Assembly: GCF_963921235.1 (NCBI RefSeq) | Contig: NC_086097.1 | Coordinates: forward strand, 207,330,001-207,394,000 | Reading direction: 5' to 3' | Length of the DNA stretch: 64,000 nucleotides | Source of the DNA: Mobula hypostoma | Lineage: Eukaryota | Part shown: positions 38,447 through 50,512 of the stretch, one piece after another | Numbering within the stretch: position 1 is the stretch's first letter | Layout: each line of letters opens with the position of its first letter | The notes under the pieces: model-generated | What the model saw: the letters and a program-made list of their open reading frames with translations, nothing else | The model's database searches: none | What the model was told of the DNA's origin: nothing | Program-made: the position numbers and the translations under genes

Positions 38447-39669
38447 CTGTAAGATTAAACAATGATATTAAACAAAATCATCTACAAAGAATCAAATTGA
38501 ATAACTTGGTACTTGTATGCCAAAACTTAAGCAAAGTAACTGGAAATTTAGTTGTGTATTTTATAAGTCACTCAATTAATCCTTTTACCCCTGAACTGTC
38601 AGAATGACCAATATAAAAAAACACTTCACAAACAACTGATACTAAAATAGCAACATTTCAGTTCAAACCAATGCTATGATGAAAGTGACAAGATACATGT
38701 TTCCCAAGGTTGAGTCCAAATGAGAAATAGCAATTAATTCAAGTGAAATAATTCCAAATAACTATATACATTTTTGAACCCAGGGTTATACTCAAACTAC
38801 CCTACAATAACAATTCACTTGCCTGCAAAGAAAAAAAAAATGGGTTAAGCTTATTTTCAGGTATAATGATATAGGAAATTGGTAGAGTAACTACTCAAAG
38901 TATCTCAAAATCATCACTGGACTCACTAAAGACCAATAATCTATTAATCTTGGTTTTCAATATTCCAAACATCTCTTTATTCTGAGGCTGCCCCCTCAGA
39001 CCTTAAGCTCTAAGATGACCAGAAGATGCCAAACATTACATCATTTAAGATGCAGTATGGCTTGTCACCTATAGGTGAGAGGGGTCAAATCCAGTAGTGG
39101 GTCAGTTTTTGGAAACAGTAAATCACGGTCAAAAAAAAAATGCCACTTGGAGAAACTTGACAATAAATGAAAGCCAGCAATGGGTAATTTTTTCAGCGAG
39201 CAGAAAAGATCAGGTAATTGAGATAGAAGCTAGGCTGCTGGTCATGTAGCTAATATTAAGAGCAAATTCAATAGAGATGCATACAATCCATTTAAGTTTA
39301 TATAATTTAGCTACGGGCTTTCCCCATCAGAAGATTGTTCAGATTTGGAGTGATAGGAAAAAGGAAACATGTAGCATGCAAGGAATCTTGTTTTAAATGC
39401 AAGATATGGTTAGGATTAAGGACTTGCTGTCTGCAGGGATAATTGAAACAATCAGGACTTTGAAAAAGGGATTGTGGCTGGCACTCTCAAGTTAAAATAG
39501 CATGGATCATTACAAGGAAAGAGCGAGGAAATGGGAATGACTGGAAGCAGCCAATATCAACTCAGTGGGCTGATTGGCCTTGTAGTGTACCATAATATTT
39601 CTATGAAACACTCTGGCTGCATTAAGTAATTATCTATTAATGTTGTTCTTTTATGTAGATTTTCGGTCA

Positions 39670-39930
39670 ATACAGTAGCATCTAGGAGATCTACTGCCTA
39701 ACTACTTTAGTGATCAAAGTTCATTTTTAACCTCGGGTGCAGTACATGCGGAGTTTGATTGTTCTCCTTATGACAGTGTGGGTTTCCTTCCAGTGCTTCA
39801 GTTTCCTCCCACATCCCAGAGACACTGGTTGGTAGATTAATTGGCTACTGCAAAAGTGCCCCTAGAACTTGAGTCTGTTGAGGGGGATCTGGATAATAAA
39901 TAGGATCAATGTATGAGTAGTATATGCATG
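39670..39930 (+). mobile_element. V-SINE/HE1-like SINE, decayed (similar copies at ~28230-28390 and ~40915-41190)
   Basis: GGAGTTTG..TTCTCC..GTGTGGGTTTCC..CAGTTTCCTCCCACATCCCA..GGTTGGTAGATTAATTGG core. Confidence 0.7.
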
Positions 39931-39963
39931 CATTATCTATATTAGCAATTTATTTTATTTGAG

Positions 39964-40045
39964 GCAACACACAAAATGCTGGAAAAACTCAGCAGGTCAG
40001 GCAGCATCTATGGAGAAGAGCACAGTCAACATTTCAGGCCGAGAC
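39964..40045 (-). repeat. Penelope-type terminal repeat, truncated inside the hammerhead relic
   Basis: AACACACAAAATGCTGGAAAAACTCAGCAGGTCAGGCAGCATCTATGG..CAGTCAACATTTCAGGCCGAGAC. Confidence 0.75.
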
Positions 40046-40300
40046 AGCATGAAACAGGTCCTTCCGGTCCAACAACCCACCTATTTAACATTAGCCTAAT
40101 CACAGCACAATTAACAATGATCAATTAACCTACTAACCAGTGCACATCTTTGGTCTGTGGGAGGAATCTGTAAACCCAGAAGAAACACAAGCAATTCACA
40201 GAGAGAACATAGAAACTCTTTACAGACGGCGCCGGAATTGAACTCCACACTGTGGAATGCCCCAAGCACTAGTGTTACACTAACCACTACACTACTGTGG
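40046..40300 (-). mobile_element. V-SINE/HE1-like SINE with tRNA head
   Basis: Minus strand AGTAGTGTAGTGGTTAG (A-box-like) and GAGTTCAATTCC (B box), followed by the V-type core. Confidence 0.7.
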
Positions 40301-40865
40301 GTGATCTGGTTGATAATGTAGCATACTGGATCAGCAAATTTGCAGATGACACCAAGACTGGGTGCATTGTGGACAGTAAGAAGGCTACCAAAGTTTACAG
40401 CAGGATTTGGACCAGCTCGGATAATGGGCTGTAAAATGGCAGATGGAATTTAATGCAGACAAGTGTGATGTGTTGCACTTTGGGAGGTCAAACCAGGACT
40501 TGCATAGGGAGCAGTAGGGCACTGAGGAGTGCAGCACAGAGGGATTTGGGAATACAAATCCATAATTCCTTGATTGGGTCATAAAGAGAGGTTTTGGCAC
40601 ATTGGCCTTCATAAAATCAAAGAATTAAGCACAGGAGTTGGGATGTTCTGTTGAAATTCCGAAAGGCATGGAGAGGCCTCATTTGGAGTATTGTGTGCAG
40701 TTTTGGTCACCCTCCTACAGGAAAGATGCAGACAAGGTTGAAAGAGTGCAGTATGGAACAAGCTGCCAACAGAAGTGGCAGATATGGGTTCAATTTAATA
40801 TTTCAGAGAAATTTGGATAGGTACATGGATAGGTTATGGTCTGGGTGCAGGTCAATGGGTCTTGG
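40300..40865 (+). mobile_element. Old CR1 RT fragment with internal deletions
   Basis: TTTGCAGATGACACCAAG (FADDTK); [13 protein letters not shown]. Confidence 0.8.
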
Positions 40866-41235
40866 CAACAATACTGTCATTTCAAATTCTTGGCTAACAA
40901 CAAAGAAAGAAGGTAGCATAATTGCACAGGTATGCTGCCTCAGGGTTCCAACAACCAAGGTCCATTCCTGAATTAGTTTTTGTTTCTATGGCGTTTGCAC
41001 ATTTTCCCTGATACTATATAGGTTTCTCCAGTTTTCTCTTTCATCCCAAAGATGTGAGTCTTGATAAGTTAACTGGCCACTCCAAATTGCCCTTCATGTG
41101 TTGTGTGACAATGGGAACAATTAGTGCACAGGGTACTTGATGGCTAGTTTGGACTTGGTGGGCCAACTCGCCTTGTTTCCATTCTATATATTTTTTAGTA
41201 TTAATAAGCCCTACAAACTAAAGTGCAGTATTTAC

Positions 41236-41362
41236 CTTTTGCTCAGTGAGCAAGTCTGTAATTGTTTGGGACATCTCATCCAAACTCTGGGCTGTTTTGA
41301 CCAAGTTACGTAGAATTTGAATATGTTGATGTAATGGCTCAAAGTCACAAATGGTAGGAACC
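41236..41362 (-). CDS. RB1CC1: RB1CC1 coding exon, 127 nt (VPTICDFEPLHQHIQILRNLVKTAQSLDEMSQTITDLLTEQK)
   Basis: Acceptor ttccttaaag|G, donor AAG|gtaaat; 1 nt + 42 codons. Confidence 0.96.
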
Positions 41363-44300
41363 CTTTAAGGAAAAAGAACCAGAAACAAAAATTAACTTAA
41401 ACCAAAATTATTTTTCATATATTTAAATCAAAATAATCAGAAAAACCAAATTCTCTAAAACAATTTTTTGTATTTTTATTTAACAAATTAAATTCTTGAC
41501 TATAGGGTTAACCCTTTGCCAACCCTGCTAAAAGACAGCATTTTTGTGAAAGCAACCGGGAAATAATGAAAACCACATCAGAAAATGCAAAAATGCTCAT
41601 TAAAAAAAGCTTCACCAGGCCTACTAACACATCAGCATTTTTCATGAAACCTACATGATGGTTCTCCAAAGTCAACTACTTTACAGAAAAAAAGATGAAC
41701 CTCCTTTCTACAGGAGAAAAGACAATTAAGAGTGAGGAATTAATCAACCTACTTTCTTAAAATACTTCTAATAACAGGTGACAAGGGGAGCAAAAACAAA
41801 ATGAGTTGCCAGGCAGCTCACCTTTTAACTGATACGTGGTTGTTGAACTAAACTGATATGAATTGAAGTTTTGTAACTTTTCTGTTTAAACATTACTCAC
41901 CTTTAAAAGCAGTTGCCACTTCAGGGACCAAGATATCCTCAACATACCATGGTTAAGGTCAGCATAATGGCAATGGAAAAATAAAAACAAAACTCTAAGA
42001 CCTTCAGCCAGAACTGCACAACAATATTAGAGATGCAAAATGTGTCCCCCTGTGGTCATTTTAGAATTTTCAATCAGAGAGGCTAACAAAACAGAAATCT
42101 CATCCCCAATTGGCAGCGAAATTTGACAACAATTAAGCAAATGTTAGCGGTTCAGAATGACTAGTTGGAAGTTTAATCCAATTACATTTTGCAAGAGTAT
42201 TAAGTGTACAAAACTGGAGGCACAAAAATATAAAGCTCTGACATATAAAACAATAAAGGCAGAAAATTCGGTATGTGGTTAACTTCATTTGAAGAATGAG
42301 AATTACGGCACCTCAAGGCGAGTAAATCTACCTTTCTTCATTTGTTATCCTCCACATACCACGAAGATCTTTGCAAAATGCTTTTGGTAGAAAAAAAACT
42401 TTGTATAATGATCAGTAGTTAGTGAAATGGATCATATACATTGTCTGAATTTAAAGATATTTAAGACACATCATCTCTTCTAAATATAGAAATGCCTTAA
42501 TATGGCCATTGCTTGCAATTGTTAAAATATTTTATGGTTTGTGCATGCTTGGGGTAAATTGCATGTACAAACTATAAAACATTTTAACAATGTTTTGATC
42601 TTCAAATTGGGATTTTGCTCAACAAGTCCCTGATTTGCTGCATCAAATATACTATCTTTCATTCCAAGGCTAAAGGCATCCTTCAGCATTTGAACTAGTA
42701 TGAAGAAAGTGGTATCACTTCAGAGGATGAATAAAGAAGATACATTTCAAAAACTATTTCTGACCAAACACAAAAAAAGAGCCAATTACAAAAAAAATCT
42801 TGCAGTCAAAGGTAACTTTGATGCATGGAAATGGTAACGGTTCCAATTTTGAATCAACTTTACTCTGAGCCAACATTCAGCAGTAAAACACCGAAGGCAC
42901 TATCTTTCCCCTTAAAAGTATTATGTCCGTTGGCCATAGAAAACATTTTAAATCACAATACTGTAAACCACAATTAACAGATTGTACTGCAGAATATTTG
43001 TAGAATATGAAGGGAAAGTTGGTTGGTTCTGGCTGAAAAAAAAACATTTGTCCCCATTATGCTGATTTTAACTGTGGTATGTGGAGGATAGTATAAGATG
43101 TAACAATTCTGTATCACAAAATATTATTTGTAAGTGTTAAGCACTTTATACCTACCTTTTTCTCTTGTTTAAATATATCCCATTAGAAATGATTAAAGTC
43201 ATGGAACACTGATCTAGATTTACCAATGTAGTGCTATTCTATCATTCATATGGAGACAGCTTAGGACTACTTGCAATTCCAATTTTAATTAACTCCTGTA
43301 GCCTTTCCTTTCAACATGTCTAACCATCTTTAGGTGAGTTCCAAGATACCCACTAATCAATTTTGATCTTAAAAGAACAAACAAGAAATAAACAGTTATC
43401 TAACATAACTGAATATGGCTTTCTATTGATTTGACATTGCCCTTACCGCAAAGATTCAAGGTAAAAGATGTACAGCAATGAACATCTCAAATGTCACTAC
43501 TGACAACAATTGCCTGAGTAATTGCATGATGATAGCATGAATAACGGTCTCATGAACAAATCTAGTCAGTGTAAGGCAATCGTTGCTGTTACAGAAATTA
43601 TTTGTGAGATTAGTCATTAATCTATAATTTCAGTTAGTATCTTCTGGGTGAAAGGCTTATTCAACACCCTACTTCTATACCTGAAACAGAAATGTTAACC
43701 AATGCAAAAGTATTAAGCATGCATATTAGAATCACATCCATGATCTTTTTAACGTGGTCCCAAGTCTACCTGTAAGGATCACCCTTCTGAAATGTGTCAA
43801 CAACCTACCTGCTTTATTTTCATGGTTTAGATGAATTAATATTGAACTTGCTGTAAAAACCTTATCTTTACAAGTTTTGCAGATGAAGTTGGATGAGATA
43901 ATTCCAGTCTTTAAGGAAACCACATCCCTAGGGCACGTAACCTGAAGTTACAAGAGTGCTTCCTTAATGCCTAGAGAAATTGTGGGTGGGTATTTGTCTC
44001 ATCAGGATTTCAGGAGAACTTGGAGTATACTCCACATTTCGGTATTAACTATTCACATCAGTCCTCACATTTTCACTGCATTGGTTAAATGCATCAACTC
44101 CAGCTATCAACATAATTTAGTTACAAAATTTCAAGACAATCAGAAGTAGATAGCCTGATAACCTAGTGCACCGAAGGCAAAGGTCCATTAAAGATAATGT
44201 ATAAATCTACAGCTTCCAAAATAGTTAAGTTTCAGAGAAAAAAAATTGGCAGAGCATTTTAAACCAGAGCTAATGTTGACAATAGATGAAAACTAAATGC

Positions 44301-45198
44301 TCATGCCAAAAGACTTGACCAAATATTCTAGCTAAGAAAATATTCCAGTACTGAAGGAGTGCTACACTATCACAGATCTGCAAATGAACATCACTTAGTT
44401 GAACTACAAACAGCAATTCTTGTAAGGGGCTGGCTTTCAAAATCCTCAAAAAAAAAGCAAAAGCATGCTTGCAGTTTCTTGCCAAGTACAATAGTTACCA
44501 GATTTAAAATGTGATACATAGAATAGTACAGTACAGATCTTTCAACCCATGATATTGGGCTAAACAATGTAGATCCTCACTACCCCAAGTCTACCAGTCA
44601 ATGCTCAGGGTATGCAGTTTCTGCCAGCAGGTCCAAGTACAGTTTTTCATTGGGAGACTGGCTCCCAGAACATCAGCAAGGAACAGGACAGTTTGCAATC
44701 TACCCAACACTAGTGGTTGGCTATAATAACACTGAACATTGATCAACCCCACAGCCAGCTGTTATAATTTACTGTTTAAAATTTCAGTCAGCTGTCAATT
44801 TACCTTTATGAAAATGTTTCAATTATTGAAAGCACAAACTTTTTAAAAAATGTATTGATACAGCATGGTAACAGGCCCTTTTAGCCCAATGAGTGTGTTG
44901 CTCAATTAGACCCATGTGAGCAATTAACCTACTAACTCATGCATCTTTGGAACCTCTGAGACAACTAAAACATTCAAGCTAACTTAGTTAAATCAAATAA
45001 AAGCATCATCTCTTCCTTCTAAACCAATGCTCATTACACTTGTGTCAGGCAACCTGAATCAGGTTCAGTGAGTGGATTTCCCACCGAGACAGTTAAAAAA
45101 TATTGAAAACTACATCATCCTTTTCGATGACGAAAAGGAATGCAGAAGTCCCACGCACTGATCAATCCCAGGAATTGCCTACTAATGGGCATAACTAG

Positions 45199-46126
45199 TG
45201 TGACGGGGTCCTGAATTACCCCTATGAACTGTGCTTTTGAAAAGAGAGAGAGAGTTATTTAACACCGACATTTTGTTTTTAAGGAAGAGAGAGACGACAA
45301 CTAACTTTTGGACTGTCACTTTAAGGCATGAGGAGGAACTGGGAGTTACTTTTGGATTTCTGCTGAGTTGGAGAGAGAGGGCACCAAGCAGCTCATAAGT
45401 CGCTATGGTGACCGAGAGTAGTGTTACTTGATGGACAATCAATGTTATAGTTTCTCTGGAGTATGTTTATACTTTCTCCAAGGACATTTGCCTGCTTGTA
45501 CATTTCTTACACAGACAAAGGAAGGAGGAGTTATTTGAATGACAGTTGATACCCAGTACAGTGAGATAAATAAGAGGTCAGATGATAGACCTCAGGCACA
45601 TGTTTTTGGGTACTGAATGAGCTTTGTTGTGCCCACAGAAAAAGTGGGTTTTTGGAGGATCGATTGGGCGGATCGATCAGTGGGTCTTGCAGCGAGAAAA
45701 GGGATTGGCCGGTGGGGAGTTGTCCATGTGTCCACCCTTGCCTGGGTCGATGATTCCACCACAGAAAAAAGGTCCCCTTTGTTGTGGTCACAGTCAGTGA
45801 CCTTTTAAAGGATTTCGGAGGACAACGAGAAGATCGACGGCGTCAGCTCACCTGAAGACTCAAATCTCTCCCTCTCATTCTCCATCACTACTCAACACCA
45901 CGAACTGAACTTTACTCATTGTCTTATTTACCCCTCGACTTAAAGAAGCTTGATTTTCATATATTTCCGCACTTGCATGTAATTATTGCTAACCTGTTTT
46001 ATATATCTGATTTTATATTACTATATTGCATAGTTACTAATAAATATTATTAGTTAATAGCAATACTGTACTCCAAAGTGTTTTCCATCTCTGCTGGTTC
46101 TTTAACCCGTCACGGGGTACGTGACA
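45199..46126 (+). mobile_element. Solo LTR (928 bp), Gypsy- or ERV-type
   Basis: Starts TGTGAC and ends GTGACA; CTAG duplicated at 45195-45198 and 46127-46130; AATAAA at 46039-46044; no PBS or internal ORF. Confidence 0.85.
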
Positions 46127-46424
46127 CTAGTAACAGATGTGTCACTGAAATTTCAAAAAATTATAGACCACCGTGAGCTTGGAGCTCATTCTGTAACTCA
46201 AAGTAAAGCTATATTAAAATTAAGGGAACTATTCTCCATGTTCAATGATTTCTCCAAACAGCTGAAAAGATGGTTATTTAGTATCTAGTTCAATCCCAAG
46301 TAGCGGAGGAGAAATAAGAACATTATCAATTTGATTAGGCAAAATTATGGACCATTAAAATAAAGATCAGGTGCAATCAATTATCCATTTGTCTTTAAAG
46401 TTCTGTACAAGTAAGACAATAATA

Positions 46425-47345
46425 AGACAAAGATAGGTAGAGGAGCAGGTAATGTTGAGGAAACAGGGAGCCTGCATAGATATTTAGATAGTTTAGGGGA
46501 ATAGGCAAAGAAGTGGCAAATGAAATACAATGTTGGAAAGTGTATGGCCATGCACTTTGGTGGAAGAAATAAACGGGCAGACTACTACTTAGATAGGGAG
46601 AAAATTCAAAATGCAGAGATGCAAAGGGACTTGGGAGTCCGCGTGCAGAATTCCCTAGAAGTTAACCTCCAGGTTGAGTCAGTGCTGCAGAAGGTGAATG
46701 CAATATTGACATTCAATTCCAGCGGTATACAAGAGTTGGGATGTGATGTTGAGGCTTTTATAAGGCACTTGTGAGACCACACTTGGAGTATTGTGCGCAG
46801 TTTTGGGCTCATTATTTTAGAAAGGATATACTGACATTGGAGAGGGTTCAGAGAGAAGAGTCACGAGAATGATTCCAGGAATGAAAGGGCTACCATGAGG
46901 AATGTCTGGCAGCTCTTGGGCTGTATTCCCTGGAGTTCAGGAGAATAAGGGGGGATCCCATAGAAACATTCCGAATGTTAAAAGGCCAGAACAGATTAGA
47001 TATGGCAAAGTTATTTCTCATGGTAGGGGAGTCTAGGACAAGCGGGCAGAACTTCAGGATTGAAGGACGTCCATTTAGAACAGAGATGTGGAGAAAATAC
47101 TTTAGTCAGATGGTGGTAAATCTGTGGAAATTGTTGCCACGAGCGGCTATGGAGGCCAAGTCATTGGGTACATTTAAGGCAGAGATAGATAGGTTCTTGA
47201 TTAGCCAGAGCATCAAAGGGTATGGGAAGAAGGCAGGGGAGTGGGTATGACCAGGAGAATTAAATCAGCCCATAATTGAATGGCGGAACAGACTCGATGA
47301 GCCAAATGGCCCACTTCTGCTCCTGTATCTTACGGCTTTATAGCC
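46425..47345 (+). mobile_element. CR1 RT C-terminus to 3' end
   Basis: YNVGKCMAMHFG, ESRTSGQNFRIEGRPFRTE; CR1 3' UTR. Confidence 0.88.
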
Positions 47346-47349
47346 TTAT

Positions 47350-47698
47350 AAAACATAGGAGCAGAATTAGGCCATTCGGCCCATCGAGTCTGCACCTCTA
47401 TTCCATTATGGCCGATTTATTACCCCTCAACCCATTCTTCTGCCTTCTCCCCTTTATGTTTAACACCCTTACTAATTAAGAACCTATCAACCTCTGATTT
47501 AAATATACCCAATGACTTGGCCATATACGACAACGTATTCCACAGCTTCACCACAGTCTGGCTATAGAAATTCCTCCCCATCTCTGTTTGAAAGGGATGT
47601 CGTTCTATTCAGAGGCTGTGCCTTCTGGTCCTAGAATCCCCCACTATAGGAAACATTCTCTTCATGTCCACTCTATCTAGGTCTTTCAATATTCAATA
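47350..47698 (-). mobile_element. CR1 3' fragment, tail-to-tail with the preceding copy
   Basis: CATAGGAGCAGAATTAGGCCATTCGGCCCATCGAGTCTG is the reverse complement of the CR1 3' UTR. Confidence 0.85.
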
Positions 47699-47699
47699 G

Positions 47700-50512
47700 A
47701 GCATAAGAAATAAGATGGATGATCTTGTTGCACTATTACAGATTGTAAGATATGATGCTGTGGCCATCACCGAATTATGGCTGAAGGATGATTGGAGTTG
47801 GGAGCTGAACATCCAAGGTTACATGTTATATCAGAGGGTTAGGAAGGTAGGCAGAATGTGGTGTGGCTCTGCTGGTAAAGAATGGTATCAAATCAGCAGA
47901 AAGATATGACATAGGATTGGAAGAGGTTGAATTCTTATGGGTTGAGTTAAGAAACTGCGAGGCCAAAAGAACCCTGATGGCAGTTATATATAGGCCTCCC
48001 AACAGTAGCTGGGATGTGGACCATGGATTACAACAGGAAACAGAAAAGGTGTGTCAAAAGGGCAATGTTATGATAGTCATGGGAGATTTTAACATGCAGA
48101 TCAATTGGAAAAATCAGATTGGGAATGGATCGCAAGAAAGTGAGCTTGATGAATGCCCATGAGATGACTTTTCAGAGCAGTTTGTCATTGAGCCTACTTG
48201 GGGATCCACTATACTGGATTGGGTGTTATGTAATGAACCTGAGGCAATTAGGGAGCACAAGGTAAAAGAATCCTTAAGAACCAGTGATCACAATATGATT
48301 TGAGTTCAACTTGAAATATGATAGAGAGAAAGTAAAGTCTGATGTAGCAGTATTTCAGTGGAGTAAAGGAAATTACAGTGGTATGAGAGAGGAGTTGGCT
48401 GAAGTAAATTGGAAGGAGATGCTGACAGGGATGACAGCAAAGCAGCAATGGTGGGAGTTTCTGGGAAAAATGAGGAAAGTGCAAGACAGATATATTCCAA
48501 AAATGAAGAAATACTCAAATGGGAAAATAGTACAACCATGGCTGATGAGGGAAGTCAACACAAATGGAAGAGCAAAAGAGACAACATAGAAGAAAGCAAA
48601 AATTAGCAGGAAGATAGAGGATTGGAAAGATTTTAAAAACCTACAGAGAGCAACTAAAAGAATTATTAAAAGGGGAAAGATGAAATATGAAAGCAAGCTA
48701 GCAAACAATATCAAAGTGGATAGTAAAAGTTTTTTCACTTCTGTCAAAAATAACAGATGAGACTTGATATAGGATCACTACAAAATGAGGCTAGGGAATG
48801 ATAATGGGGACAAGGAGATGGCAGATGAACTAAATGAGTATTTTGCATCAGTCTTCACTGTGCCAGATGTTATACTGTAAGTACAGTTACTATTAGAAGG
48901 AAGAAGGTGCTCAAAAAGCTGACAGACCTAAGGGTACACAAGTCACCCAGACAAGATGAACTACACTCTAGATTTCTGAAAGAAGTAGTGGTAGAGATTG
49001 TGGTGACATTAGCAACGATCTTTCAAAAGTCATTGGACTCACATGTGGTGTCAGAGGACTGGAAAATTGCAAATGTCATTCCACTCTTTAAGAAAGGAGG
49101 AAGGCAGCAGAAAGGAAATTATAGACCAGTTAGCCTGACCTCTGTGGTTGGGAAGATGTTGGAGTCTATTGGTAAAATGAGATTATGGAGTACTTGGTGA
49201 CCCAGGACAAGCCAGGACAAAGTCAGCATGGTTTCCTTAAGGGGAAATCTTGCCAGACAAACCTGTTGGAATTCTTTGAGGAGATTACAAGTAGAATAGA
49301 TAAAGGGAATACAGATAGAGCAGATGTTGTATATTCAGAGTTTCAGAAGACCTTTGACAAGGTGCTACATATGAGGCTGCTTAAGATCCCATAGTATTAC
49401 AGGAAAGTTACTAACATGGTTAGAGTATTGGCTGATTGGTAGGAGGCAGCAAGTGGGAATAAAAAGGTCCTTGTGTGGTAGACTGCCAGCAACTAGAGGT
49501 GTTTCACAGGGGTCGGTGTTGGAACCACTTCTCTTTATACAGTATATCAATGATTTAAATGATGGAATACATGGCTTTGTTGCAAAGTTTGCAGATGATA
49601 TAAAGATTGGTGGAGGGGCAGGTAGTGTTGAGGAAACGGGTAGGCTGCAGGACATAGATTAGGAGAATGGACAAGAAAGTGGTAAATGAAATACAATGTT
49701 GGAAAATACATGGTCACGCACTTTGGTAGTAGAAATAAATGTGCAGGCTATTTTCTAAACAGGGAGAAAATCCAACAATCTGAAATGTAAAGGGACTTGG
49801 GAGCCTTTGTGCAGAACACCCTAAAAATTAACTTGCAGATTGAGTCGGTGGTAAGGAAGGCAAATACAATGCTATCTTTCCTTTTGAGAGGTCCTGAATA
49901 CAAGAGCAGAGAGGTGATGCTTGGTGTTTATAATGCAATGGTGAAGCCTCACATTGAGTATTATGAGCAGTTTGGGTTCCTCATCCAAGAAAAGATGTGC
50001 TTGTATTGGACAGGGTCCAGAAGCAGTTCACAAGGATGATTCTGGGAATGAAAGGGTTATCATACAAGGAACGTTTAATGGCTCTGGGTCTGTACTCACT
50101 GGAAGTTAGAAGAATGATGGAGGATCTCATTGAAACTTTTCGAATTTTGAAAGGCCTGGACAGTAGATGTGGAAAGGATGTTTCTCATGGTGGGGGAGTC
50201 TAGGACAAGAGGGCACAAGCCTCAGGATAGAAGACTGTAGTGAAAAGATGTAGCGAAAAGATGCAGCAAAATTTCTTTAGCCAGAGGATGATGAATTCTT
50301 GTTATTTTTACCACAGGCAGCTGTAGAGGCCAGGTTGTTAGGTGTATTTAACGCAGAGATTGATAGGTTCTTGATTGGACACGACATCAAAGGTTATGGG
50401 GTGAAGGCTGGGGAATGGAGTTCCGGAGGGGAAAAATACAGATCAGCCATGATCAAATGATGGAGCAGACTCGATGAGCCCAACAGCTTAATTCTGCTCC
50501 TATGTCTTATGG
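47700..50512 (+). mobile_element. CR1 LINE, nearly complete decayed ORF2
   Basis: VAITELWL, IYRPPNS, MGDFN, NYRPVSLTS, QHGF, FADD; tail CCTATGTCTTATGG. Confidence 0.92.

Noticed and set aside
7330..40045. Recurring AACACACAAAATGCTGGAGGAACTCAGC repeat as a CRISPR-like array
   Set aside because: The copies are dispersed over kilobases in both orientations, without regular spacers or cas genes; they are Penelope-type terminal repeats.
42042..42058. CTCF-like motif TGACCACAGGGGGACAC (minus strand)
   Set aside because: Mismatches at strongly conserved core positions; cannot be supported without a PWM score or ChIP data.
45118..45139. 9-bp perfect hairpin TCCTTTTCG-ATGA-CGAAAAGGA (also ACTAGTAC..GTACTAGT at 32833-32859)
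   Set aside because: Short isolated palindromes are expected by chance in 64 kb; there is no supporting context.
50225..50270. Short tandem duplications (GATGTAGCGAAAA-like units here; also 27535-27565 and 33210-33240)
   Set aside because: Local slippage duplications of 13-18 nt with no sign of function.
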